A stretch of DNA of 43,715 nucleotides from an uncultured Gammaproteobacteria bacterium (GTDB lineage Bacteria > Patescibacteriota > Patescibacteriia > Buchananbacterales > GWA2-38-13): contig CAYJWS010000003.1 of the NCBI GenBank assembly GCA_964373925.1, forward strand, positions 1 through 43,715, read 5' to 3'. The notes under the pieces are model-generated. The model saw only the letters and a program-made list of their open reading frames with translations, ran no database searches and was not told the DNA's origin. Position 1 is the first letter of the stretch, and each line of letters starts with the position of its first letter. The translations under genes and the position numbers were made by a program. Below are positions 17,353 through 27,085 of the stretch, piece after piece.

Positions 17353-18078
17353 ATGAAAATACTCATCGTGCTTCCGGCATACAATGAAGAAAAGATAATC
17401 CGAAAAAATATTATTATACTATATTCGTACATGGAGAAGAATTTTCCCGCGTATGATTGGAACATTATCGTTTCAGACAATAATTCAAAAGATACAACCA
17501 AAGATATTGTTTTGGATACGGCCATATCCCATGCCCGTTTGAAATATTTTTTTGTTCCAGAAAAAGGAAAGGGTGTTGCTATTCGCAGGGCGTGGGAGGC
17601 TCATGACGCCGATATATATTGTTTTATGGACGCGGATCTATCAACAGATATTGAGGCATTGCCGCTTCTTATTGGCGCAATTGAAAAAGATGGTTACGAC
17701 GTCGCGTGCGGTTCGCGGACGCACAAAGATTCAAAAGTTGAGCGCTCTGGTGTCCGAAGGCTCGTTTCTTTTGGATATAGAATAATTTTGAAGCTTGCAT
17801 TTAGCCTTTCCGTTGGCGACGCGCCATGCGGATTTAAGGCAATAAACAACAATATAAAAAAATACATACTTCCGAAAGTTCAAAACAACGAATGGTTTTA
17901 TGACAGCGAACTCATAATTCTTTCGGAGAAATCCGGATACAAAATACAAGAGATCCCAGTTCACTGGAACGGCCAAGAAGAGGCGGGAAGGGTGAGTAAG
18001 GTAAATATTTTTTCTTTAAGTATTGAATATATTAAAAAAGTGTTTGAGCTGTATTTCAGGATCAAAAAGGGAGTTTAA
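17353..18078 (+). CDS. Glycosyltransferase family 2 (polyprenol-phosphate glycosyltransferase-like)
   Basis: KILIVLPAYNEE, SDNNSKD and MDADLS (DxD) motifs. 241 aa. Confidence 0.85.
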   Translation: MKILIVLPAYNEEKIIRKNIIILYSYMEKNFPAYDWNIIVSDNNSKDTTKDIVLDTAISHARLKYFFVPEKGKGVAIRRAWEAHDADIYCFMDADLSTDIEALPLLIGAIEKDGYDVACGSRTHKDSKVERSGVRRLVSFGYRIILKLAFSLSVGDAPCGFKAINNNIKKYILPKVQNNEWFYDSELIILSEKSGYKIQEIPVHWNGQEEAGRVSKVNIFSLSIEYIKKVFELYFRIKKGV

Positions 18079-18080
18079 AT

Positions 18081-18947
18081 ATGTTTTCAAGTCAACAAGA
18101 TTTTTTAAGTATCATTATCCCCGTATATAACGAGGAGAAAATAGCTCGCGAGTTTTTTGAAAAGCTAAAGCAAGAGATGCGAAAACGTGTTATCAATTAC
18201 GAAATAATCGCGGTGAATGATGGATCAGAAGACCATTCGCATGAAATACTTAAAAGCATTAAGGATATTTTAGTCATTCACAATCCTTATAATCTGGGCT
18301 ATGGAGCGTCTTTAAAAAAGGGTTTGAAAGCAGCTCATGGAAACTGGGTTTTAATAATGGATAGCGATGGCACCTATCCCGTAGAAAGAATTTCTGATTT
18401 ATTGGAGTACACCAATGTCTATGATATGGTTGTTGGAAACAGAAATCACAAAAAAGACGCTCTGGGCAGAAAGCCGGCAAAATGGATTTTAAAAAAACTC
18501 GCCAGCTTTCTCGTGGGGCGCGATATTCCCGACCTCAACTCCGGCATGCGCGTGTTTCGCAAAGACCTAGCTTTGGAGTTTTTCGATCTTTATCCATCGG
18601 GATTTTCTCTCACTACAACCATTACTATGGCATTTTTTGTGAATGATTATGCGGTTCGGTACGTCAGTATCCCATACTATAAGAGAGTGGGGGACTCTAG
18701 TATACGGCCTTGGCATTTTTTTGATTTTATGGCGCTTGTAATGAAGCTTATTTTATATTTTAAGCCGCTTAAAATGCTTTTTATTCCAATAATTTTTCTT
18801 TTTTCTTTGGGTGTTGCCAAGGCCATAAAAGACATTATAACCATACGTTCCATTGGCAACCTCGCGCTTATTCTCATTGTATTTTCTTTTCAGATTCTCA
18901 CCATGGCGCTTGTTTTAAAGATTATTACCAAAAAGAATCTACAATAA
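18081..18947 (+). CDS. Glycosyltransferase family 2 with C-terminal transmembrane helices (GtrB/DPM-like polyprenol-phosphate glycosyltransferase)
   Basis: LSIIIPVYNEE, VNDGSED and MDSDGTYP motifs, plus two C-terminal TM helices. Confidence 0.85.
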   Translation: MFSSQQDFLSIIIPVYNEEKIAREFFEKLKQEMRKRVINYEIIAVNDGSEDHSHEILKSIKDILVIHNPYNLGYGASLKKGLKAAHGNWVLIMDSDGTYPVERISDLLEYTNVYDMVVGNRNHKKDALGRKPAKWILKKLASFLVGRDIPDLNSGMRVFRKDLALEFFDLYPSGFSLTTTITMAFFVNDYAVRYVSIPYYKRVGDSSIRPWHFFDFMALVMKLILYFKPLKMLFIPIIFLFSLGVAKAIKDIITIRSIGNLALILIVFSFQILTMALVLKIITKKNLQ

Positions 18948-18953
18948 AATACT

Positions 18954-19718
18954 ATGGATAGGTCTGAACGCGAAATTGCGCTTCATAAGATTATTTATAA
19001 AGATTATATCGAGCGAAGGAAGAATCCTGTGTGTAGGCTTGTTGATCATTTTTGGTATAGAGAAATGATGCGTGAGATTGTAATTTATGCAAAAAAACAA
19101 AAAATAAAAATTATTGATCTCGGAGCGGGCACATGTTTATTTTTTGAAACGATTAAGGATAACCAAGATATTGATTATACGGGAGTTGATTCAAGCCAAG
19201 AGATGCTCAATTATGCCAGCTCTATTTATGGATCATTTCCCAACTTTCATTCTTTTGTAAAAAATTTAGATGGTGACTTTGCAATGCGCGAACAATACGA
19301 CGTTTATGTCATGAGAAGCCTGGTGCACCACTTGGAACATAAAGATGAGTTTTTAAAAATGCTTATTTCCAGCATTCCTTCGGGAGCGCTTCTTGTTATC
19401 TCTGAACCCAATAAAAATTTTGCAACCCACGCGCTTCGGGAGCTTTTGAAAAAAATGAAAAAAGGGCATTTTGACCAGGATCATTATGACTTAAGCACTC
19501 AATACTTTTTAGAGCATTTTAAGAGAGATGATATATCTCTTTTAGGAATGAAATACTTTGGATATTTTTCTTACCCGTTTAGTTTCCCCTACATTCTTAA
19601 GCTCCCGATTCCCGCGTGGTGCATACGCCTGTTTATCCCCATAGACAGGATTTTGTCAAAATTGCCAATTATCAGGCGCTTGTCGTGGCATGTTATTTAT
19701 ATAGTACAAAAAAAATAA
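18954..19718 (+). CDS. Class I SAM-dependent methyltransferase
   Basis: Motif I IIDLGAGTC. Acidic post-I residue (GVDSSQEM). 254 aa. Confidence 0.78.
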   Translation: MDRSEREIALHKIIYKDYIERRKNPVCRLVDHFWYREMMREIVIYAKKQKIKIIDLGAGTCLFFETIKDNQDIDYTGVDSSQEMLNYASSIYGSFPNFHSFVKNLDGDFAMREQYDVYVMRSLVHHLEHKDEFLKMLISSIPSGALLVISEPNKNFATHALRELLKKMKKGHFDQDHYDLSTQYFLEHFKRDDISLLGMKYFGYFSYPFSFPYILKLPIPAWCIRLFIPIDRILSKLPIIRRLSWHVIYIVQKK

Positions 19719-19719
19719 A

Positions 19720-22020
19720 ATGAATATCGCAAAGAAAATATTAAACGGTTCGATAGTTGAGTGGGTATTTCTCTTGTGGTTTATCTTCGTGTATTTTTCA
19801 TATATATATTTTCACGGAGCATTTTTTGAATTTATGGCCTTGTTTTTTGTGGGACTTATTTTGTTTGGATACGGATATTTCATGTTGAGTCGCTATAATT
19901 TTTCTCAATATATGGCGCGCTTGAAATGGCCGTTGTGGCGTTTTGCCGTTGTCATATACGCAGGAATAATTTTTTTGTCTCTCATTTTTTATTTAAGCAC
20001 CCACGCAGTTGGAAGCGGTTCCATTTTTCTCTATTGGTGGATATTTCTTTCAAAGATAGCGGTTCATATAACGGCAAGAATCGTTTTCTTGATCCTACTG
20101 TTAATTGTAAGCGCAGGTCTTGGAAAAAAGATGAGTAAAAAATTTATAGAATTTTCAAGTAATATCTTTGAAGATCTTATTTTTTGTTTTGGAATTGGCT
20201 TTATGGCAATCAACTATTTTGCATTTTTGGCGGTTGCACTTCATTTGCAATATCAAATATTATTGGCGGCATTAACGCTTGCTATAATAGTATATGTGCG
20301 CGATGATATTTTCTATTTTATAAAAAAAATTATTAATTTAGAAATATCATTCGAATTTCGATTATCAAAAAATATTGAGCATCTTAAAACGTATGCCATC
20401 ATTTTCACCATACTTTTTTTTATTTTTGCTTTTTTGGGGACGCTACTCGTCGTTCCCATAGATTACGATGATTTGGATATTTATTATAGCGTGCCACTTC
20501 TTTACAATCATTACAACGCTGTTATACCTTTTAATAATTCATTGGCAATGCTTGGCGGTTTCGTAATGTTTTTTTACGCATATATCAACACCTTGGTCGC
20601 GCCAGTGTTTGTATTATCAATTTCTTTCTTCTTTTTACTCTTGGTTTTATTATCATTATATGTTTTTGTAAGAAAAATATTTTCACAATCGCTTGCTTTC
20701 GCTACATTATTTTTAGCGGCCTCACTCCCCATGGGTGTACATTTTATCATGACGCAAAAAGTTGACTTTATATTAGCCTTTTACTCCATACTTTGTATAT
20801 TTGCTTTATTTTTATGGTTTTCTGGGCGCAATAAACAATATCTTATACTATCATCTCTGTTTTTAGGATTTGCTGTGTCCGTAAAGCTCACTGGTCTTTT
20901 TTTATTTTTGACGGTGTGTTTTTTTATGCTTGCCCTTGTTTTAGCGCGAAAGCAAAAATTAAAAGATGTTGTTATCTTCGCCATTGTCGCAATTATGATG
21001 TTTTCTCCCACTGCATTAATGAACTTTTATTATTATCTAAATCCTATCGCACCTTTAACTTTTGCTGGTTTGCCACGTACTCGATCTGAAACGGTTTTTA
21101 ACCAAGGACGGAGAGTGCATCTTTATGAAATTTTCAATACGTCTTTCGCAAAAGAACGCCTACGCGAATATACGCACCTCACGCGACAAAATCATCTGTA
21201 CGATTCAAGTATTAAAAATTTTTTTTGGAGGATATGGAATACCACAATAAACCAGCGTGGCTTTTCTTTTACGTATTCCGAAGTAACTCCGTATTTTCTT
21301 TCATTTTTGCCGCTTTTAGCCTTTTATTTTTTCCAGAAAAAACTTTATAGGAAAAAAAATATTTTATACCTTGCTATTATTTCTTTTGCGTATCTTGCGG
21401 TGTGGTTTACATTTGGAAACGAAAGGTCGTGGTATGGCATACCCGGAGTGTATCTGTTGTTTATTCTCTGCGCGATGGCTTTTGCAAACATCAAAAACAG
21501 AAAAGCACTGATTGCCTCTTTATTTTTAGCCGTTCTTTTTTTCGTGCGGACATTTTCTTTTTTTATTTGGATTATTTTACAAGATCATAATATTATGAAA
21601 TCTCCCCAAGAGATTTCATATGAAAAAATTATTGACACCACCGATCTTCCATTTTACAATTTTTTAAATCAAAAAATCATTCCCTATAATGTAGGAAAAA
21701 GAATCCTCATGATTAACGAGTCAAGAAATGCACTGATTTATGAGGCTGATAAAAATATTATATCAGATCAGTTTAATGTTTTTTGGGGAAAGATTTTAGA
21801 CGAATCACGTACGTTAGAAGAAGTGAAAGAAATTTTATTGCAACAAGACGTGTCGCATATTGTGTATTCTATTCGCGGAGAGAATTACGTCGCTTCGTTC
21901 GCAGGAAGAGAGAAAGAAAAGTATCGCCTTTTGCGCGACATGGATGTGTTTCATGAGTTTAGAGAAAAATTTTTAACCGAAGTGCGCTGCGAAGACGAGT
22001 TTTGCATATATAAAATATAA
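19720..22020 (+). CDS. Large polytopic membrane protein, GT-C-like (ArnT/PMT-like) with a C-terminal soluble domain
   Basis: 766 aa with more than 15 hydrophobic segments and a roughly 170-aa hydrophilic C-terminus. Start is 1 nt after the preceding stop. Confidence 0.55.
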   Translation: MNIAKKILNGSIVEWVFLLWFIFVYFSYIYFHGAFFEFMALFFVGLILFGYGYFMLSRYNFSQYMARLKWPLWRFAVVIYAGIIFLSLIFYLSTHAVGSGSIFLYWWIFLSKIAVHITARIVFLILLLIVSAGLGKKMSKKFIEFSSNIFEDLIFCFGIGFMAINYFAFLAVALHLQYQILLAALTLAIIVYVRDDIFYFIKKIINLEISFEFRLSKNIEHLKTYAIIFTILFFIFAFLGTLLVVPIDYDDLDIYYSVPLLYNHYNAVIPFNNSLAMLGGFVMFFYAYINTLVAPVFVLSISFFFLLLVLLSLYVFVRKIFSQSLAFATLFLAASLPMGVHFIMTQKVDFILAFYSILCIFALFLWFSGRNKQYLILSSLFLGFAVSVKLTGLFLFLTVCFFMLALVLARKQKLKDVVIFAIVAIMMFSPTALMNFYYYLNPIAPLTFAGLPRTRSETVFNQGRRVHLYEIFNTSFAKERLREYTHLTRQNHLYDSSIKNFFWRIWNTTINQRGFSFTYSEVTPYFLSFLPLLAFYFFQKKLYRKKNILYLAIISFAYLAVWFTFGNERSWYGIPGVYLLFILCAMAFANIKNRKALIASLFLAVLFFVRTFSFFIWIILQDHNIMKSPQEISYEKIIDTTDLPFYNFLNQKIIPYNVGKRILMINESRNALIYEADKNIISDQFNVFWGKILDESRTLEEVKEILLQQDVSHIVYSIRGENYVASFAGREKEKYRLLRDMDVFHEFREKFLTEVRCEDEFCIYKI

Positions 22021-22052
22021 GGTATAATACCATTTACCATTTTATTGTCATT

Positions 22053-22778
22053 ATGAAAATATCAGATTTTAGAACTTTTTTGCGTTTAATGAAAAAAAGA
22101 AACGCGAGTGAAGAGGACTATTTTGCCTTTCAAAATTTTCAGGCGGAACGAACACTTGAAGATATGGCGCGGCACAATGTATTTATGAATGGAAAAAAAA
22201 CGCTAGACCTCGGTTGCGGACAGGGCGGATATACCGAAGTTTTTTATAAACACGGCGCGCGCATCACAGCAACTGATTTTCATGAGCCGGCGCTTCTTCG
22301 TAAGCGACAGCCTGAAATACCTTGGTTTTTTTCTAACCTTAATGCGGGCATCGAAACACAGGGCACTTTTCAATTTATTTATTGCTGCTCGGTAATAGAG
22401 CATATAAAAAACCAAAATAAGCTTATTTCAGAAATATATCGGGTATTAGATAAAAATGGCGAGCTTATTTTGAGTTTTCCGCCTTTTTACGCACCCCTTA
22501 ATGGGGGACACGTGTACAGTCCGTTTCATTATTTGCCAGAGAAGTACGCAGTAAAAATAGCCAGTTTTATTCGAAGAGAAAATTATTCTTCTTACGAAAC
22601 AACCTGGGGAGATTGGGGTCTTTACAAAACCACTATTGGGTCGGTCAAAAATATGCTACAACAGAATAGATTTTCTAACATTACAACTTGGACAAAATAT
22701 TTACCAATCAATTTTTCACGAATTCCGTTAATGAATGAATGTTGTACATGGCACGTTGTTTTTTATTGCAAGAAATAA
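22053..22778 (+). CDS. Class I SAM-dependent methyltransferase
   Basis: Motif I LDLGCGQGGY, then ATDF, then VIEHI. 241 aa. Confidence 0.75.
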   Translation: MKISDFRTFLRLMKKRNASEEDYFAFQNFQAERTLEDMARHNVFMNGKKTLDLGCGQGGYTEVFYKHGARITATDFHEPALLRKRQPEIPWFFSNLNAGIETQGTFQFIYCCSVIEHIKNQNKLISEIYRVLDKNGELILSFPPFYAPLNGGHVYSPFHYLPEKYAVKIASFIRRENYSSYETTWGDWGLYKTTIGSVKNMLQQNRFSNITTWTKYLPINFSRIPLMNECCTWHVVFYCKK

Positions 22779-22781
22779 TTC

Positions 22782-23483
22782 ATGAAAATATATATCATCA
22801 TTCCAACGTATAACGAAAAGAATAACATTGAAAAGCTTCTGCGCCTAATTTTTAGTCTCGGCATAAAAAATCTTTGGGTGCTTGTAGTTGATGACAATTC
22901 TCCAGATGGCACAGGTGAGGCGGTTGAAGCGCTAAAAAAAGAGTTTCCTTTTCTCGATATTATTCATAGGGAAAAAAAGCTCGGGCTTGGCACCGCATAT
23001 GTCGCGGGCTTTACAAGAGTACTGCGTGAAGGGGCGGATCTTATCTTTGAAATGGACGCTGACTTCTCGCACGATCCAAACTATATACCAAAAATTCTTG
23101 AGGCCACAAACGAATGCGATCTTGTTTTAGGATCAAGATATACGCCGGGCGGGGGAGTAAAGAATTGGAATTTTTTTCGAAGACTCATCAGCCGTTTTGG
23201 AAACTTGTATGCGCAGATTATTTTAAGCGTTCCTATAAAGGATCTCACCGGAGGGTTTAAATGTTATACAAGAAAGATTTTGGAAACCATAGAATTGGAG
23301 AGTTTAAGTTCTATAGGATATAATTTTCAGATAGAAACAACATATAAGGCCTACAAGCGAGGATTTCGTATAAAGGAAATTCCAATCATATTTACCGAGA
23401 GAGCGCAAGGAAAATCAAAATTTAACATAGCCATAATTCTTGAAAGTTTTTGGAAAGTTATAGTATTGCGCCTATTTTCTTAA
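22782..23483 (+). CDS. Polyprenol-monophosphate mannose synthase-like GT2 (Dpm1/Ppm1-like)
   Basis: IIIPTYNEKNNI, VVDDNSPDGTG, EMDADFSHDP, GSRY and the C-terminal RAQGKSK motif typical of Dpm1-type enzymes. Confidence 0.86.
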   Translation: MKIYIIIPTYNEKNNIEKLLRLIFSLGIKNLWVLVVDDNSPDGTGEAVEALKKEFPFLDIIHREKKLGLGTAYVAGFTRVLREGADLIFEMDADFSHDPNYIPKILEATNECDLVLGSRYTPGGGVKNWNFFRRLISRFGNLYAQIILSVPIKDLTGGFKCYTRKILETIELESLSSIGYNFQIETTYKAYKRGFRIKEIPIIFTERAQGKSKFNIAIILESFWKVIVLRLFS

Positions 23484-23485
23484 AT

Positions 23486-25126
23486 ATGCTTAAACACATA
23501 TCTCAAAGAGAGTGGAAATTTTTTGGTGTTTTCTCGGCGATTCTTACGGCAATTTTGGCATTGCCGTTTTTGTATGCTTATTTTTCCACGCCACCAAATT
23601 TGTATTTTTCGGGACTCCATATGCTCGCGCCGGGAGATTATTCAGTCTATTTTTCCTATATAACGCAAGCGCAGAACGGGCATTTTCTTTTTCGCGATCT
23701 TTTTACAACAGAATCAACTTCTTATAATATAATAAATACGTTTTGGGTTTTCGCGGGAATTGTTGGAAATTTTTTTTCTTTGAGTCCGCAGTGGGCGTTT
23801 CAAGCCGCGCGCCTCATCTCCATACCTTTTTTGGTGTTTACTCTTTATATTTTTTTTAGCTATTTTTATCAAAGCGAAAAACATAGAAAATTCATTTTGA
23901 TATTTGCATGTTTCGCGTCCGGGCTTGGAGTTTATTTTTTGCCATTTTTTCCCATGGTACGCCAGATACAGACGGATCGAGTGATGCTCCCTCCCGATAT
24001 TTGGGTTTCGGAGTCAAATATATTTTTGAGCATGCTTCATTCCGGCCATATGGTCTTTTCTTTGGCGCTCACGGTAATAATATTTTTTTTAAGCATTCTT
24101 TTCGCGGAAAAAAAGAATTATTTGTTGAGCGCGTGTTCTGGAGTTGTTGCTTTAGCGCTTTTTAGTTTTCATCCGTTTCAGGCGCCGGTAATATTCGGAG
24201 TGCAGATATTTTTCGCATTGTATGAGAGCATAAAAAATAAAAAAATAGAAATTTCGTACATTACGCACATATTTTTAACCTTCCTTATCTCGTCGCCAAT
24301 GATTGCGTATTATATTTTTATGTTACAGTTTGATCCCATTACCCAAGAGAGGGCTGTCCAAAACATTAATCTTAGTCCACCGCTTTATAGCATGTTTATG
24401 GGCTTTGGGTTTCTTGGGGTGTTTGCATTAGCTGGAACTATTTTTTGTAATAAAACGCCAATGAGGGACAAGAGAAGAGATTTTTTAGTAGTATGGATTG
24501 TGGTCCAGCTTATGCTTATGTACGCTCCTCTTAATTATCAAAGAAGGCTTATAGAAGGGTTTTCCGTCCCTTTGATAATTTTGAGTTTTGATTTTATTAT
24601 TTTTGTGTATGACAAACTTAAGATCATAATTCGTTCAAATACATGGCGTTTTTTATTGCTTAATACATTAAACGCCATAATTATTTTTATTCTGATATTC
24701 TTACCTTCAAATATTTTTGTTTATAGCGCGGATTTTTTGCGATATATTAAAAAAGATTCCTACATATATTTTCCAAAAAAAGACATTGAGCCATTGTTGT
24801 GGCTCTCACATAAAAACAATGAAGGGGCGGTGCTCGCAGAGATTAATACAAGCCATTTTATCCCCGCTATAGCGGGAAAGCAAGTATTTGCGGGCCACAT
24901 GATAGAGACCGTTCATTTTTCAGAGAAACTTAAAGAGGTAAATGATTTTTTTCGCGATAATTCAAATGATAATGAAAAGATAGAATTTTTGAAAAAAAAT
25001 AATATCCGGTATGTGTACTACGGTCCGAAGGAAAAAGCACTTGGCAATTTTAAACCGGAAGAAAAAATATATTTAAAAAAAATTTTTATCAATACGGCCG
25101 TAATAATTTATGAATTTTCCCAATAA
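23486..25126 (+). CDS. Polytopic membrane protein, GT-C-like, translationally coupled to the Dpm1-like GT2
   Basis: 546 aa from the ATG at 23486, 2 nt after the preceding stop. Loop motif APGDYSVYFSYITQAQNG. Multiple TM segments and a C-terminal soluble domain. Confidence 0.55.
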   Translation: MLKHISQREWKFFGVFSAILTAILALPFLYAYFSTPPNLYFSGLHMLAPGDYSVYFSYITQAQNGHFLFRDLFTTESTSYNIINTFWVFAGIVGNFFSLSPQWAFQAARLISIPFLVFTLYIFFSYFYQSEKHRKFILIFACFASGLGVYFLPFFPMVRQIQTDRVMLPPDIWVSESNIFLSMLHSGHMVFSLALTVIIFFLSILFAEKKNYLLSACSGVVALALFSFHPFQAPVIFGVQIFFALYESIKNKKIEISYITHIFLTFLISSPMIAYYIFMLQFDPITQERAVQNINLSPPLYSMFMGFGFLGVFALAGTIFCNKTPMRDKRRDFLVVWIVVQLMLMYAPLNYQRRLIEGFSVPLIILSFDFIIFVYDKLKIIIRSNTWRFLLLNTLNAIIIFILIFLPSNIFVYSADFLRYIKKDSYIYFPKKDIEPLLWLSHKNNEGAVLAEINTSHFIPAIAGKQVFAGHMIETVHFSEKLKEVNDFFRDNSNDNEKIEFLKKNNIRYVYYGPKEKALGNFKPEEKIYLKKIFINTAVIIYEFSQ

Positions 25127-25144
25127 TAACAATTTTATTAAAAT

Positions 25145-26956
25145 ATGACCGCTGGAAATTTTTTCTACAATTTTTTTGGAACCATAATTTTTCTATTTCT
25201 TTTTTTGATTATGATATATGTCGTTGCCATCATTCAAAAAAAGAATTTAGTAAGTTTTATGAAAGGATTTTTTCTTCATAAATCTTCAGGGGTAAATCTG
25301 GCAGTTTTTCGGATAGCTGTTTTTTTTAGTATTTTATTTCTCGTTCCAAAAAAGGCGACATGGATGACTCTTTTGCCGAATGATTTTTTTCGTCCGCCGC
25401 CGGGTACGTCTTGGTTCGCGCAGTTTTTACCGCTAGATAGCGGTACTATTTCTGTGGCAACATTTTTATTTATACTATTTTCGGTGATGGCTATGGTTGG
25501 ATTTTTTTCAAGAACCTCGGCGTTCTTTGCTTTTTTATTGGGATTATATGTTTTAGGACTGCCACAGTTTTATGGCAAGGTAAGCCATGACACACATCAT
25601 CTCATTTGGTTTTCAGCGCTTTTAGCTGTTTCTCCATGCGGTGATATGTTTTCTCTTGATGCTGTTATTCGCGCTTGGAGGCGCCCAGAGGGGTATCGAG
25701 CCACCTTATCTTCATTATCTATCAAGCATGGAGCGCCAATCCGTTTTGCGTGGGCGCTTTTTGGGATTATCTATTTTTTTCCCGGACTATGGAAGTTAAC
25801 AACATATCAGACATGGATTTTTGGAGAAAGCGTCCGTCAGCATACTTATTTGGCGTGGATTTTTCAGGATATTGCACGGCCATTTTTTCGCTTTGATTAT
25901 TATCCAATACTCTATAGATCGATTGGCGCGGCTACTATACTCTTTGAATTAATTTTTTTATTTTTTATTTTTTTTAAGCCAACTCGTATTTTTATGGCGA
26001 TTTTTGGAATATTTTTTCATCTCTCTATTTATGTATTTATGGGTATTAATTTTTTACCACTTATCGCATGTTATGTGATATTTTTTGATTGGGAAAAAAT
26101 TTTTAAGAATATTGGAAAATTTATATTTAAAAATAAAGTATATTTTTTATATGATGGTAAGTGTCGAGTATGCAGAAAAACAATTGCCATAATACTTTCG
26201 CTTGACGTGCTACAGCAAATAGTTCCGATTGATCTTTATGATCAAGAATCTCAAAAGCACCATCACTTGCCCTTCATTGATCGAAACATTCTTTTAGAAG
26301 AGTTGCATTGTATTTTGAAAGAAAAAAGATTTAAAGGGTTCTACGCATATCAGGTCTTGGCGTTTCGCATTCCTTTTTTTTGGTGCATCCTTCCATTATT
26401 ACATGTCTCGTACGTGGAGAAGGCGGGAAAGGCGATATATAATCGAGTTGCAAAAAATCGAACATGCGAAATTGGGCTAGTTGATGCGGGAGTTATAAAT
26501 ATATCGCCAACACGCGATTATTTTCCAATGCAAATTTTTATTGTTTTTTTAATATTATTTATACCCAATATTTATGCCGGAGTAGGCGATATCAATTCTT
26601 GGCCATATTCTGTATACCCGACATTTCATGTATCTGACGATGACTTTCGGGAGGATGTTATGAATATCCGCGTATTTGATAATGATGGGAAAGAAATTGC
26701 CATAGATCTTAAGCCGATGAAACAAAAACTTGGTTTTGTAGACGTTCGATGGCTTGAGCGAGATCTTATTTTTATTCGCGATAAAGACGCACAGCAATAT
26801 TATATCAAAAAATATCTTGAAGTACTTAATACATTTAACGTGGTGCCGAAAGATGTTAAAATCATAGAATTTAGCCATGATCTTATTTGGATTGATCCAG
26901 ATAAAAAATCATTGAATCCAGTGAATAGGGATACTCTACTTAAGGTTTCTTTATAA
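25145..26956 (+). CDS. HTTM-domain (vitamin-K-carboxylase-like membrane domain) protein fused to a DCC-family thiol-disulfide oxidoreductase domain and a C-terminal soluble domain
   Basis: HTTM-like NLAVFRIAVFFSILFL, GFFSRTSAFFAF and LAVSPCGDMFSLDAV. DCC/DUF393 motif FLYDGKCRVCRKT (DGxCxxC). 603 aa. Confidence 0.65.
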   Translation: MTAGNFFYNFFGTIIFLFLFLIMIYVVAIIQKKNLVSFMKGFFLHKSSGVNLAVFRIAVFFSILFLVPKKATWMTLLPNDFFRPPPGTSWFAQFLPLDSGTISVATFLFILFSVMAMVGFFSRTSAFFAFLLGLYVLGLPQFYGKVSHDTHHLIWFSALLAVSPCGDMFSLDAVIRAWRRPEGYRATLSSLSIKHGAPIRFAWALFGIIYFFPGLWKLTTYQTWIFGESVRQHTYLAWIFQDIARPFFRFDYYPILYRSIGAATILFELIFLFFIFFKPTRIFMAIFGIFFHLSIYVFMGINFLPLIACYVIFFDWEKIFKNIGKFIFKNKVYFLYDGKCRVCRKTIAIILSLDVLQQIVPIDLYDQESQKHHHLPFIDRNILLEELHCILKEKRFKGFYAYQVLAFRIPFFWCILPLLHVSYVEKAGKAIYNRVAKNRTCEIGLVDAGVINISPTRDYFPMQIFIVFLILFIPNIYAGVGDINSWPYSVYPTFHVSDDDFREDVMNIRVFDNDGKEIAIDLKPMKQKLGFVDVRWLERDLIFIRDKDAQQYYIKKYLEVLNTFNVVPKDVKIIEFSHDLIWIDPDKKSLNPVNRDTLLKVSL

Positions 26957-27085
26957 TTACCTTGAATTACGAAACTCATATCTTATTAGTCCCTGAGCCC
27001 AGTCGAAGGGCTGCCTTGAGCCAAACAGTTATCCAACGACTAGCTCAGGAAATAATTTTTTTGCAGTTTCGTAATTCAAGGTAAT
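26956..27085. repeat. Palindromic element with perfect 21-bp terminal inverted repeats filling a convergent intergenic gap (copy B)
   Basis: attaccttgaattacgaaact at 26956-26976 is the exact reverse complement of agtttcgtaattcaaggtaat at 27065-27085. Inner inverted repeat tccctgagc...gctcagga. The termini touch both flanking stop codons. Confidence 0.85.
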
